This document shows positions 39,140-53,250 of a stretch of DNA of 64,000 nucleotides, piece after piece. A model generated the notes under the pieces. The model had not been told where the DNA came from and made no database searches. It was given only the letters and a program-made list of their open reading frames with translations. Made by a program: the position numbers and the translations under genes. The DNA is taken from NCBI GenBank assembly GCA_951406725.2, contig OX597822.1, positions 25,730,001-25,794,000 on the forward strand, in the 5' to 3' direction. Within the stretch, counting starts at the first letter, position 1. Each line of letters opens with the position of its first letter. The stretch is from Octopus vulgaris (lineage: Eukaryota).

Positions 39140-41450
39140 TAAACAGTATTTTTGAACATAACTACACCAACCATTTTTTAGACCTAAAACACAAGAACAG
39201 GGACACACGACGGCAAAGAACAAACAGAAGAAACCTCAGGTAATTAAAATAATCAATCTCTCAAACAAAGAACTTACACCTAACGAAATAAGCATACTCT
39301 CCAAAGGACTTAAATTTACACCAACCCCACAACGTTCTAATTACTATGAAATGAAAGATGATATTTCGGAATTTTGTAGGAAACTAAGGCTTACCGAGGA
39401 ATTTCATGGCAAACAAATAGATGATGAATCAATAGCTAGAAACAACAGCAATTACACCCCTACTAAGGGAAAGAATAAAGCCTTAGACCGCTATTGTGAC
39501 TACATAACTAATTTTCCTTTTCAATTCACCAAGAAACAAAAACACAGCCAAAACTTTAACAAAAGAGAATGGAACGACCTCATCAAACTAAGAGAAGACA
39601 AAACAATAACAATTAAGGAGGCAGATAAGGGCAACGCGGTAGTATTAATGAATACAAACGATTATAAAAATTTAGTGCTATCCCTATTAAGAGATGAAAC
39701 GTATTATGAAAGGCCCAACAGTAAAATCAGCCAAAAATAATGTATAACCTCAGGACATTAATCAACACATACCGAGAAGGACTCACGGACAAGGAGTATG
39801 AATACATCACTAACTTCAAGTGCAAATCAAGTTTGTTCTACGGAATCCCTAAAGTCCACAAAAGCCAAATAATTAGTGAAACATGCAAAACATCTACCGA
39901 TATACTCATCAAAATCCCTTCACCAAATGATCTTAAACTTAGACCGATAATAGCAGGCCCAACATGTGAAACTCACCGCCTCAGCAATTTCTTAGACACA
40001 CTTCTTAAACCTTTCCTAAAGCACATCAAAAGCTACGTAAGAGACGATATAGACATGCTTAACCACCTCCCTAAAATAGTCAATGAGAAAACCCTTCTAG
40101 TATCCTTCGACGTAATTAACCTTTATTCAAACATCCCTCACACCCTAGGAATAGAAACGATCACTTTCTGGCTAATAAACTACTCCTTTGACCTCCCAAC
40201 TCGCATAAATAAAGAACTTATAATGGAAGGACTTAGATTTATTTTAGAAAACAATTACTTTATTTTTGACAATAATTTCTACAGACAAAGATCGGGAACA
40301 GCGATGGGCACGCGTACTGCGCCTTCTTTTCCCAACCTAGTGATGAGATACCTCGAGAAAATACTCTACCAGATAACACTCGAGAAATATGGAAACACCT
40401 TCTCCACCTTTATCCAGAACAATTGAAAAAGATACCTCGACGACTACTTTATCCTCTGGGATAAAAGTATAGAGAAACTTGAGGAATTTAAAATACTATT
40501 AAATGGAATAAATGATAATATACAATTCACGATGGATCATAACGAAGAAGAATTACCATTTTTAGACATCCTCGTTAAGAAAGCCGGCAACCAAGTAGAG
40601 ACAGATATCTATTATAAACCGACAGACTCCAAACAGTACCTACCCTTTGATTCATGCCACCCAAGACACACTAGAATAAATGTCCCTTTTTGTTTAGCTA
40701 GAAGGATTTGCACCATAATTTCAAACACAAACACCCGACACACACGTCTCCAGGAACTTAGAACTACACTCATAAATAGAAATTATCCACAGCCCCTAAT
40801 AGACAGTGCAATCCAACGGGCACTTAAATTAAGTATAGAAGACCTGAGACAAACAAAACCAAAAAAAAAAGAAAAATTAAAAACCCTTCCCTACATCTCT
40901 ACACACAACCCACTTAACAATGAGGCCTTCAGCACCATACTACAAAGCACAGCCCTACTAAAGGGAGACCCAAATATGAACCGGATCCTCGAAACACACA
41001 CCATCATTAAAAATAAACGGCAACCAAAATCCTTGAAAAGGATTTTAACCCAAGCTAAACTGCACTCAACATCAACCACAAAACCAGCAGTTAGAAAATG
41101 TGGAAGGCCCAACTGCGGAATCTGTGTCATCTTGGTAGAAGGTTCAGAATTTATACTAGAACAAGGCCATCAGTTCACCATTAGAACAAACATCACCTGT
41201 CCATCAGAATACTTAATTTACGTCTTAACATGCGCAGGCTGCAATAGGCAGTATATAGACCATACAAAAAATAGCTTACGTAAAAGGATGGCGGTGCATA
41301 AATCCCAAATTAGAAACCCTGAATACCGGAAAATACCGGTCAGCGGACACATAGATAGATGTGCTACAAATGAAAATCCGAAATTTACAACTTACCCACT
41401 TTACAAATTCAGTGACAGCGTAACCTTCACCCAACGCCAAAATAAAGAAC
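39140..41450 (+). mobile_element. Penelope-like element (Neptune-type), RT plus Cys linker plus GIY-YIG, few lesions
   Basis: LSKGLKFTPTP, EADKG, FYGIPKVHK, SFDVINLY, GTAMG, RYLDD, PFLD, CGRPNCGIC, LIYVLTCAGC...YI. Confidence 0.92.
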
Positions 41451-41985
41451 TTTCCTCTTGGCATATTTCCTTTCTTCTCTGTCTCATTTACACGCAATTT
41501 TGATACCTTCTTTCCACCCGCTATTCCTCGCTCAACCGTTCTCTCTTTCTACGCCGACGCTCTCGTGTTCGCCTACATTCAATTATCCATATCTTAAAAC
41601 TTGTTAATAAAACAAAATATCTCCAAAATGATTCGGAGTGTTTCAATAGAGAAACATATACGAATGTATTAAACAGTTTTTGTTTAAAAGGTGGAAATAT
41701 TTCTGAAATACTCACCTAATATGCAAGTACACAATATATAGGATACGGTAATAAATTATATTGTAGGAGAGTAAAAAGTAAAGGGAAAAAGAGAATTAAT
41801 ATTTTTGATCTTGTTCGGCTCTATGAATTCAATTTTTTTTTAAATGCTTTCGTCAATTGCTTGATACAAGAAAAAAGAAATTGGAAAAATCTTGACTAAA
41901 ACAGAGAAATTCGAACTCAACAAAAAATACAGAAAGAAAAAGTTGCGTTTATTTCCACCACGTGACACTTATTATCGCACGCACG

Positions 41986-42021
<36 letters not shown>

Positions 42022-43164
42022 TACATATGTGAATGAATGTGTGTGTCTATATGCGTGTATGTATGTTTGTGTATTTTAGTTATTTACTTAGACACATCAA
42101 CAAATTAGCCAATTGAACAACTCTGTGTTGTTGTTCAATTTGCTAAAAACAACAGCCAAACCTCTCTCATAGTATTAAAGAAAAGGGAAAAATAGAATTG
42201 GTATTTTTGATTTTGTTATGCCCAATGAATTTAATAGTTTTAATGTTTTTATCCATTACTTGATACAAGGAAAAAGAAATTGGAAAAATTCTGACCAAAA
42301 CATAGAAATTGTAACTTAACAAAAATATAGAAAGAGAAAGAAAAGGTATTCGAAAGCAAAAAGATGTTTTTTAGCTGAGATGTAACTATATAATTTAAAT
42401 CAAATTCAAAATTTAAATTTCGGAACATTAGATTTTACATGTTATCTAGTGTATGGCCGAATTCAAAAGGGTAGAAGGCTTAAAACAACTATGTGTGTAT
42501 TTGGGCCTTTAATAGCCAGGGGTCAGTTTCAGTTCAATCGTAGAAAGGAATTCAAATACCTATGAACCACTTCCTTTCACTTTCTCTATCTTTCTTTCTC
42601 ACTTCCTCTCTCTCTCTCCCTTGCTCGACAGGCGTCAAATTTAAGATACTTAAAATAATAGTGGATGAGAATATATGTATCGCTGATCATGAGCAGAAGT
42701 GGGGGAGCATCATAGACATGTGCCGAGAGGAATACTTTGGGATTTGGATAATTCACCTTTGGGAAACATGGGTGTTTCGTTCAACATCCTTAAACAACTC
42801 TTATTCAGGGACATTTTGAGTGGGATGTGCTACTCGGACTGAAGAAAATTGGAACTGGGCTCCACCTGGAGATGGAGGTAACCAAAATGTGGAATCTAAA
42901 ACCAGAAACAATTCCTATCATAGTAGGTGCATTAGGCATGATAAAAAAATATTCAGACAAATACATAACAAAAAAAACAGGACTTACAAACACATATACC
43001 ATAGAGAAAATTGCACTACTAGGCACTGCACACATCCTACGCAGAACACTTTCCATACAATAACCATCAGAGCATCACAACAAATCACAGCACATACCCA
43101 AGGCACACAGAGCTGCGCTCGGTAGTGAAGTGAAAGCACGCTATAAAAATAAAACTACTGAATG

Positions 43165-43195
<31 letters not shown>

Positions 43196-44267
43196 CAACA
43201 ACAACAACAATAATAACAACAACAACAACAACAACAATAATAATAATAATTATAATAATAATTTCTACTATAGGCAAAAGGCCTGAAATTTAAGAGGCGG
43301 GGTCTATTACATCGACCCCTGTACGCAATTGACACTGATTTCCTCAGCCGAAAGGATGAAATGCGAAGTAGACCTCAGTGGAATTTGAATTCAGAACGTA
43401 AAAGCGGGAGAAATACTGGAAAGAATTTTACCCAGTGTGTTAATGTTTTTGTTGCACTCTCAAGTGCTCAATTGCCATATATATCATTTATTTTAATTTA
43501 ATCCCCATCTCAGATCCTAGTGTCATAAAGCTGGCATGAAATAAAATTTAACATAATGAACTGCAGGGAGTTACATATGTAGTTAATTCAATCATTATCT
43601 TACGGGTTGTGAAAATGAACCAGACTGCCTACCTGCCTCTTTTCTCGTTCCTATCCCCAACATGTTCACTAACTGCCCTGTAAGCTATAAATCTTTTGAA
43701 CGCCTTACGCACTAGCTAACCATTTAATGTCTTTCTAGCTTTGCTATGTTCTCTCATTCAAAGCTAGCCTCAGCTGGAATCAGCTTCGGCTGGCCCACTG
43801 TGGTGAAATGTTGTTCATATATTGTTTGAAATGTTATGCATCACCTAATGAAAGCGTTTCTTTTTGTTATGATACAATGTACTAATTAATCCATTAAAGA
43901 TATCCGCAGGAAACTGCTGTAATGAAGTAAAGCGTATCCATCGTTTTGTTAATTTTTTGTTCATAATGCACCTCACTGGAATTCCGACCCGTCTGGAGTA
44001 TACCAAATACTGTACGGCCAATATAATGTAGAGCTTTGGTTTGGCCATTAGGCTATTAAAATACTCATGAGGTTTAAATTCTCTATAACCTGAATATTTC
44101 TGGATGTACTTCTGTACCCATGATATTTATTCGACTTAAGGGGCTGTTTACAAATTAATTCGACCCAACCTGATATCTATAATTTAAGTACCCGATTCTT
44201 TTCAATCTTTAATATGTATATATATATATGCATATATTTATGTGTTTGTGTTTTTGTGTCTCCTCAG

Positions 44268-44309
44268 GATGCTGTACAGAAAATTGCAGGAAGTGCAGTA
44301 TTGCAAGTG
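44268..44309 (+). CDS. METTL24: Candidate 42-nt symmetric microexon A (DAVQKIAGSAVLQV)
   Basis: TTTTGTGTCTCCTCAG| acceptor and |GTAGGT donor; open frame; phase 0-0 fits the flanking exons. Confidence 0.6.
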
Positions 44310-44751
44310 GTAGGTGAAAAGAATTTCTTTGACCGCGTGGTTGGACAGGAAACAGATGGCGACAGTGCGTCTGTGTAGGGTAGGGAATCATTGTGGCTTG
44401 TGAGCAAATGAGCTTGTGTGCACGTGTGCCCGTGCACATGTGAGCGTGTGGGTGGGTGTATATTTATAAGTAGGTTTCTGTGCGTGTGATGGGCTACTCA
44501 ACCTGAATAAAATTCTAACTGGTCCTTACTTGCATGGTCATGCGCTGTTTAACTTGATATAATATCATCATGTCGCGCACATGTAGCTGTGATACATGTG
44601 TTTGGAGTATCTTCATTGGACAGGTAGTCATGATGGGTGTACTGGGCTCCGTATATTTGTACCCCAGTCTCACTTTGATGACACGCTCTGCTCTCTAACT
44701 CAATAATAATAATAATATTAAAAATAATAATAATAATAAAAATAAAAATAA

Positions 44752-44789
<38 letters not shown>

Positions 44790-44795
44790 GAAGAA

Positions 44796-44826
<31 letters not shown>

Positions 44827-44859
44827 AAGAAGAAGAAGAAGAAGAAGAAGAAGAAAAAG

Positions 44860-45365
44860 AAAGATGGTATTGGCACACACCAGAAAAGGTCACAGAAAAC
44901 GAGAAAGCAACCATACTACGGGATATGCCGAAACACACAGATAGAGAAATTAAGGCAAACCGACCAGATATAGTTGTCAGAGATCATGAATAAAAAAAAT
45001 GCTTTCTGATTGATGTATCAATACCGGCAGATGACAACGTGTCTCTAAAAGAAATAGAGAAACATTCAAAATACAAAGACCTGGAAATAGACGTAACCAG
45101 TATGTGGAATCTAAAACCAGAAACAATTTCTATCATAGTAGGTGCATTAGGCATGATAAGAAAATATTCAGACAAATACATAACAAAAACACCAGGTTTT
45201 ACAAACACATGCCGTAGAGAAAATTGCACTACTAGGCACTGCACACATCCTATGCAGAACACTTTCCATACAATAACCATCAGAGCATCACAACAAATCA
45301 CAGCACATACCCAAGGCACACAGAGCTGCGCTCGGTAGTGAAGTGAAAGCACGCTATAAAAATAA
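44860..45365 (+). mobile_element. R4/Dong-like RLE domain 3' fragment
   Basis: NRPDIVVRD...FLIDVSIP...KYKDLEID...PIIVGALG; flanked by (AAT)n/(GAA)n. Other copies at 42840-43160(+) and 55370-55685(-). Confidence 0.85.
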
Positions 45366-46379
45366 AACAACAACAACAACAACAACAAAAACAACAACAA
45401 CAACAATTATAATAATAATTTCTACTATAGGCAAAAGGCCTGAAATTTAAGAGGGGTTCTATTACATCGACCCATATACACAATGGACACTGATATCCTC
45501 AGCCGAAAGGATGAAATGCGAAGTAGAACTCAGTGGAATTTGAATTCAGAACGTAAAAGCGGGAGAAATACTGGAAAGAATTTTACCCAGTGTGTTAATG
45601 TTTTTGTTGCACTCTCAAGTGCTCAATTGCCATATATATCATTTATTTTAATTTAATCCCCATCTCAGATCCTAGTGTCATAAAGCTGGCATGAAATAAA
45701 ATTTAACATAATGAACTGCAGGGAGTTACATATGTAGTTAATTCAATCATTATCTTACGGGTTGTGAAAATGAACCAGACTGCCTACCTGCCTCTTTTCT
45801 CGTTCCTATCCCCAACATGTTCACTAACAGCCCTGTAAGCTATAAATCTTTTGAACGCCTTACGCACTAGCTAACCATTTAATGTCTTTCTAGCTTTGCT
45901 ATGTTCTCTCATTCAAAGCTAGCCTCAGCTGGAATCAGCTTCGGCTGGCCCACTGTGGTGAAATGTTGTTCATATATTGTTTGAAATATTATGCATCACC
46001 TAATGAAAGCGTTTCTTTTTGTTATGATACAATGTACTAATTAATCCATTAAAGATATCCGCAGGAAACAGCTGTAATAAAGTGACGCGTATCCATCGTT
46101 TTGTTAATTTTTTGTTCATAATGCACCTCACTGGAATTCCGACCCGTCTGGAGTATACCAAATACTGTACGACCAATATAATGTAGAGTATTTGGTTTGG
46201 CCATTAGGCTATTAAAATACTCATGAGGTTTAAATTCTCTCTATATATAACCTGAATATTTCTGGATGTACTTCTGTACCCATGATATTTATTCGGCTTA
46301 AGGGGCTGTTTACAAATTAATTCCGACCCAACCTGATATCTATAATTTAAGTACCCGATTCTTTTCAATCTTTAATATC

Positions 46380-46443
<64 letters not shown>

Positions 46444-46486
46444 TATATGCATATATTTATGTTTCTATGTTTTTGTGTCTCCTCAG

Positions 46487-46528
46487 GCTGGTGTACAGAA
46501 AATTGCAGGAAGTGCAGTATTGCCAATG
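46487..46528 (+). CDS. METTL24: Candidate 42-nt symmetric microexon B (AGVQKIAGSAVLPM)
   Basis: Paralog of microexon A with intact AG and GT splice sites. Confidence 0.6.
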
Positions 46529-47439
46529 GTAGGTGAAAAGAATTTCTTTGACCGCGTTGTTGGAGAGGAAATAGATGGCGACAGTGCGTCTGTGTAGGGT
46601 AGGGAATCATTGTGACTTGTGAGCATATGAGCTTGTGTGCACGTGTGCCCGTGCACATGTGAGAGTGTGGTTGGGTGTACATTTGCAAGTATGTTTCTGT
46701 GAGTGTATCTCTGCGCTTGTGATTGTGCCTGTTTCTGTGTGTGCGCTGTATTTATTTTTATTTTCATTTTCAATCGTTTGTGTGTAAATGATGTTAATAG
46801 TAAGAAGTCGATGATAAACTATAGGCTAGGTGTCTGGAAAAGAGATTTAGAGAAATATTGGTGATCATGCTTGTTGAAGAAGAGTGTAGTTTTATTTATG
46901 GACGCATTACAACCAATCAAATAATTCTTCAAAAATAATGTTTGAGAAATCGAGGGAATTTTGCCTAATTCACTATCATCATTAATTCGGTTTCCTTGCC
47001 TACAATCATCAATGGTAATGAATGTTGGGTAATGACTGAAAGAATCCGATCGGCAATACAAGAGGCTGAAATGGGATCCTTCCGAAAGGTCTCAGTAATA
47101 ATATTACTTGAGAACGTGCATGGCTCGGAGATCAGGCTCTATCTCTACTTCTCTGCTCTCAGAGTCCACAACCGCTGGACCTCTAGTTGAACACAATTGC
47201 TGGACCTCTAGATGAACAAAAATTATGACAAGGTAACGAGCAAGGTGACTACTCTCACTCAGAGAAAACTAACCCTGACAGGTCGGTCACAATCACTTGA
47301 CCGCAGCATTTTCCTTGTCACCATTTGATTATCCTGGATCGTATATTCTTCTGCTTTTTGTGGAAGGGACGCGTCTCGATGGTCAGACGGTGTATCTGCT
47401 GTCAACACCCGCTGCATGGTGGCCTGGGCATGCCGTGAT

Positions 47440-48300
47440 TGATGATGCGCAGACGTGCACTGAGGCTACGCTATCTCTATTGCTTTCTTGATTGTGTGGT
47501 CGCCGTTCACCAGACACGTATTTCCGCAGCTAGTTTCGTTAACGGAGCTGCAGCTCTGGGTAAATTAGAGTGCTCAACTACTCGGACACTGCGATAGACA
47601 GAATGTCGACTTTATCTTTTTATAAAGAATTAGTGAAGGAAAAGAGCAACAACGTTCTTGCGGAGACCTTGAATAATGAAGAAAATCAGCAAGCCGCTCT
47701 TTTCCAGAGAAATTTCGGCCCAGGACCAATGGATAATTTCCAAAAATGTCTGGCCTCGCAGTGCTACCGGGGAGATTTGCCTGTTCGAGATAAACTTTAC
47801 ATGTATGGAAATGCTGTCAGCCACGCATGTCCGAGATGTGTGCAGGACGACGAGACGGTCCGGCATGCACTCGTCCAGTGCCGAGCATTACTGTCCTGTG
47901 GGCTTATGTCGAACAGCTGCTGTCGCTTGTAGGACGGACCTGGCTGTCAACTAAATCCGTCGTGAAAATCGCCCCACGTCTTCACTTAAGCGGGAAGGAA
48001 AGGCTGCGTTTATTTGGCTTGTGGCCATGGTGTAAGTGGTTGTATGGTGAACGAAATTGAAGAGGATGAAGGCAAACACTTTTCTCTTTTGCCAATCCCT
48101 GATCAACTTCATCAAGTTTCACTTGAAAAGGAAAATAAAGGTAGAGAGGGAAGCATTGTCTTTTGGTCAGTTTGCTGGAAGGTGGATCAAAGTGGCGAGA
48201 ATGGTGCGAATGAACGGGCCTGCTCTGAGCATACGCCCGTAGTTGGGAAAAAGGAAAGAAAAAAGACTCCTGCTCCATAAGTCAGTACACCATGGTTTTT
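47440..48300 (+). mobile_element. L1/Tx1-like ORF2 C-terminal remnant
   Basis: MDNFQKCLASQCYRGDLPVRDKL...CPRC...ETVRHALVQC (zf-RVT-like). Confidence 0.75.
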
Positions 48301-48507
48301 ATGGGTTTTTCCATGAGTAGCCCCCGGACGTCTCCTCCCTATTGAGGATTACACATTGCTAAACTTTTGAAAAAATTCTTGTTAGTCTTGTTCACAGGCA
48401 AAACCATCACAAGAAAACACTCATACACGAATACACACACATTCTTTGCTTTGTCCTGTACTGGTCCATAATGTTTTTCTTAATGTAAAACCTTGTGTTT
48501 GGTGAAG

Positions 48508-48556
<49 letters not shown>

Positions 48557-48576
48557 TATCATTATTATTATTATTA

Positions 48577-48634
<58 letters not shown>

Positions 48635-48717
48635 CATCATCTTCACTATCACTATCATTATCATTATTATCATTATTATTATTGTTGTTGTTGTTGTTGT
48701 TGCTGCTGCTGCTGCTG

Positions 48718-49200
48718 TCTTGGATTGACATTATGAAGGCATGTGATATAGTGCCTCATTTTTAGATCGTTGAATGCCTGCAGATGGTTGGTGTTGCTGA
48801 CAACATCACAAATTTTCTGATGCATAGCATGAAAGAGTGGTAAACCAAATTGTACTCAACTAATGTGTTCCCCGGAGGAGTTAATATTAAAAGGGGAATC
48901 TTCCAAGGTGACTTGCTTTCACCGTTACATTTTGTAATTACACTAATACCCATAACAATGACACTTATTGAAGTTATGATGGGTTACCAATGTGCGAAGA
49001 AAGGCCCATCATTGAACCATCTTCTGTTTAGCGGTGACCTGAAATTGTTTGGGAAATCTGAAAAACATAATGATTCCTTAAACAAAACAGACCAGAAGTG
49101 TGGTAGGGACATCGGTATGGAATTTGGGATTACCAAATGCTCAGTACTTAATATGAAAAGAGGGAAGAAAGCAACCTGCAGAGGATTGCGGTTACCAAAG
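48718..49200 (+). mobile_element. R4/Dong-like RT fragment next to trinucleotide microsatellite
   Basis: WIDIMKACDIVPH; IKRGIFQGDLLSPLHF; NHLLFSGDLKLF; DIGMEFGITKC. Confidence 0.8.
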
Positions 49201-50145
49201 CTTTTATGAAAGCTCTCAAATCCAAAATTCTAAAGGCTTCAACCAAATCCATGAGAAAAATGGCAATTGAACTTGAGGTAGACAACAAGACCATTAGAAA
49301 TGCTGTAAAATATGATTTGAGGTTAACATCTTACACAAGAACACCTAAACACTTGTTGACAACTGCTATGAAGGAAAAGAGATTGGAAAGGTGCAAGAAA
49401 ATTATTACATGGTTCAAGAAATGTCTTCCATTGTAACGATCTTTTAAGATAGAAAGATCTTCACTGTCGATGCTGTTCAGAACTGCAGAAATGACAGATT
49501 TATCGCAAAATCAACAGCTGAGGTTAAGGGGACATTCAAAACAAAACATACTGCTCAAGTTATGACTTTTGGTGTTGTGGTTTCCGATGGAAAGAAAATT
49601 CCTATAAAATTCTACAAAGCTGATGAAAAGATCAATGTTTGTACTTACTACAAGCCTCTGAGATACCAGGTATTGCCATGGCTTAAAGCAGACCACCCAG
49701 ATGGTAATTATGTATGGACACAGGATGATGCTCCAACCCACACAGCTAGAAAAATACAAGATTTCTGCAAATCCAACTTTTTGGAATCATATTTAAGGCC
49801 GTCTTCTAGCCCAGATCTAAGCCCTCTGGATTATGTTATTTGTGGCGTTTTAGAAAATACTACCAATAGAACATCACACAGCAATATTGACTCTCTTAAA
49901 GATACTATTAAAGAAGAATTGGAGAAGTTGTCTTCCGAATATTTGAGGAACGCCTGTGCAAATTTCAGGAAGCGTGTGAAGGCAGTTATTGAGAAAGGAG
50001 GACCCATAGAATAAAAAACATTTTCTATTATGTAAATTTTCTTGTGGCAAATAAATCCTCATGACTTTCAATATACTAATTCGTCATACACTGTCTTTCA
50101 ATCCCTGCTTCAAAATATTGTAAATTTTGCTTCCTCACCTTGTAT
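49200..50145 (+). mobile_element. 5'-truncated Tc1/mariner-superfamily (maT/DD37D-like) transposase remnant
   Basis: WTQDDAPTHTA...SSSPDLSPLDY. Confidence 0.75.
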
Positions 50146-50290
50146 ATACAGACACTCACTCATACGCACAAACACACACACAGTTATATAATTATGATTT
50201 TTTTTCTTTTTGTTCCTACTTCCAACTACTGTATACTGAGAAGACTTTAAACATTCTTTTATTAATGTTTATCTTTCATACTTTGTTTAG

Positions 50291-50355
50291 GTTATACCAC
50301 CCCTAGAAGAGTTGAAAACAAAAACAGAAATGGAACTTGAAGATATATACCATGG
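50291..50355 (+). CDS. METTL24: METTL24-like exon (VIPPLEELKTKTEMELEDIYHG)
   Basis: TTTGTTTAG| acceptor and GG|GTAAT donor; phase 0 to 2; joins the next exon in frame. Confidence 0.8.
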
Positions 50356-52880
50356 GTAATATTCGTCCATTCCTTTATCTATTACACGCTGTTGTGTGTT
50401 AACTATAATATAAAAAATCTTTCTGTTATATGATTTCCATGTGTTTTAACATGAACACGATACAACTGTTCTCTCATCTTTTTGTTTTTCTTACAATAAT
50501 TTAAATAATTTGTAGCTGTTAATTTCTAAGGCTGCCTTTTATTTTCCTGCTGGTAAAGTTTTAATACATTTTCTAAAATTTAAACTTCAAACTTCTCGTT
50601 GAAGTTTTCCTCTTCTAAGACGTCGTTGGCTTTTCCTACTTTTAACTTATGCACTCTATACCCGAGAACATTTTTCTGTGTATCAACCCAGTATTTAATT
50701 GTCATTTTTCCCATGGCATCTTAAAATGTAGCTATGTTGTAGTAAGAATTTTTTGCTTCCCAGCCACATGTTCTGGGTTCAGTTCTATTATGTGGAATAT
50801 GAGCCAGTGTCTTCTACTACAGCTGTAGGGCAACCAAATTATTACAACATGGATTTGATAGATGGAAACTGGAATATATGTGTGTGTCACTGTCTTCTTG
50901 CTTTCACATCTTGCAATAGATGTAAACTAATTCCACCATCGTGCATACAATGTCCTTAATTTCTAATCTCCTTTGTAAACATGCCATGTGATGGGTAATA
51001 TTATCTTATTTGAATACAGGTAAAGGTTGGCGGAAGTAAAGGCATCCAGCCAAATAATATCAACCTCAGTCAATAGCCTGACCCACGGGAGCATAAAATA
51101 GTGGACATTAAACCGAAAATGATGACTGAGGGTATGGTTTTCTTAAATTTAAGACATGAAGTTTGGGGTTCTCACGTTAAGAAATTGTGTGTAGAAGAAT
51201 AATTTTCCTGTTTCATTTATCAAGTCATTATATTGGAGCTTTCGTATCAAAGCAAGTGAAACCTAGCAGATGATAATGTATATTTCGCTACTATACAAAA
51301 CGAGGTGTCTTGGATGTTTGGTCTTATTGTTTTCACGCTTTAGCTATTTATTGGTTACCTCCAGTCCATAGATCTAAAGAGTTGACTGGGACTTCTCAAT
51401 AGCGTAAACACTTCTGACAACCCAATGAAGACACATCCACGCGATCATTTGACCTGCTGAATATAGCAGCCAAATTTTCCCTCTAAAACACCTTCGTCTC
51501 TTCAAAGGCAAAAAATGCATTGGATAATCTTGTCTGAAATTTTCTGTTACTTAAGCCAGTTCTAGTCATGAGTGATAAGCCAGAACTTAAGGTGGTTTCA
51601 ATTGTGTATATAAATTACAACTCCACCTCCGAATGAGATGTCAGTCTATTGCAGGTTTAATTTCCCACATATTACTGGAGATTATTTATAACCGAGTGAA
51701 CTGGAAGAACGAGAATGAAGTGTTTTGCGAAAGAACACAATGCACCACCATGTGTGTAAATCAAAACCATGATCTTACAACTGTGAATATAATTTGCTAT
51801 CACAGGGCTACAGACCTTCACTGAAACCCATAAGAAAGGAAAAAGGATAAGACATTCGTATCCTGAATACCTTTGGTAGATCTGTTTGATTAGGACTAAC
51901 CTGGTACAAGGAAAATCTGGTACACCTGGACTAAAAATGTACAACAGACCGAACTCCGCTAAAGAAAACCAAGAAGAAGGTGGTGGTGTTAAACTGGGTT
52001 CCAAACTCAGTCCATGCAGAACTACCCAATATTCATACGAATTAGTAACATAAATTAATATTTCAAAAGCTAGATGCGAGTTTGTGTATTTGAAACTTTT
52101 CAACTTTAATTATGCTGAGTTCCATGAAGATAAAATAAAGTTCAAGACACACTAATTACAATCTTAAATGGAGCTGTTTCACGTTGCCTACTTCGTTCAA
52201 TATTCGTGAAAGAAACCTGAATTTAAAACAATCTCTACGACTCAGCTTTACAAAGTAAACTCTTTTTTGTTTTTACCTTGCTTTTTTTTGTTCTTTGGCA
52301 TTGGATGGGCATGCAACTGTACAAACCTTGCCAAGGCAGACATTGGAGCACGATACAGTCTTTGAATCAGTTGGAACTTGTCAAACCTTCCAACCTAAGC
52401 TAGCAAGAATGACGGTAAATTTTCTTAAATTGGAAACTTGGGAAGAATGCTTGTAAGAGTAAACTCCATTTAAGGAATCTCAGGACCAGATGATGGTGGA
52501 ACTCAGAATGCAAAGAGCATTAATAAATCTCACAAAGCACCTCATCTAACACTTTGAAATTCTTCCAGTCTGTGGGAGAGAAATGGTACTGTATTTTATC
52601 AACTTTTAAAAAATAGGAAACAAAATTGATCTTGGTGGCCAAAACAAATTCTATGGTCTACGATGAAATGTTACAGATACTTTCCTCTGTGGTTCTCTGT
52701 CAGTCTGTTTGATGTTGTAGAGTAGAAGCAACAACCTCTCATAGAGTGAAACAAATAATGTACCCTTTCATTCCCAGTTGTAGTTGTTTCACTTCATTTC
52801 TCTTGTCAGCCTTTTATAATCATATCCTTGTGTCCATGTAAAAGAAAAATCAATAATTCATTTGTTGAATATTATTGCAG

Positions 52881-53009
52881 ATTTGTGAACATAGTTCAGG
52901 TGAAGTGTACCAAGATAGTGCGTATTGGTACCATTAAAGACGGAGGATGGTATGTTTGTTTGGATGACAAATGGTATCCCTGGAAGCCTTGCTTGGTATA
53001 CGCATTTGG
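52881..53009 (+). CDS. METTL24: METTL24-like exon (C...RIG...DGGWYVCLD...PCLVYAFG)
   Basis: Family motifs DGGWxVC and CLVYxFG; AG/GT boundaries; phase 2-2. Confidence 0.92.
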
Positions 53010-53145
53010 GTAAATAGAAAGTCGCTCCGAAATTTTCAGCAAAAATCGGAGTGCTCTTCAATTTTTCATATTCTCTATAATTTTTCTCTCCTATAAATGA
53101 TTATAAATGATTATAAATGTGTGTGAGTTTGTGCAAGCATATATA

Positions 53146-53226
<81 letters not shown>

Positions 53227-53250
53227 CATATACACACATACATACACACA

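Larger units (their letters stand above)
42885..46690 (+). repeat. Tandem duplication, units about 42885-44470 and 45102-46690
   Basis: Near-identical unique sequence, e.g. 43261-44210 versus 45418-46375; each unit starts with an R4/Dong 3' end and contains a 42-nt candidate exon. Confidence 0.93.

Noticed and set aside
41640-41750. Possible exon ending at ACG|GTAATA
   Set aside because: Stop codons occur in the frames available from the nearby acceptors.
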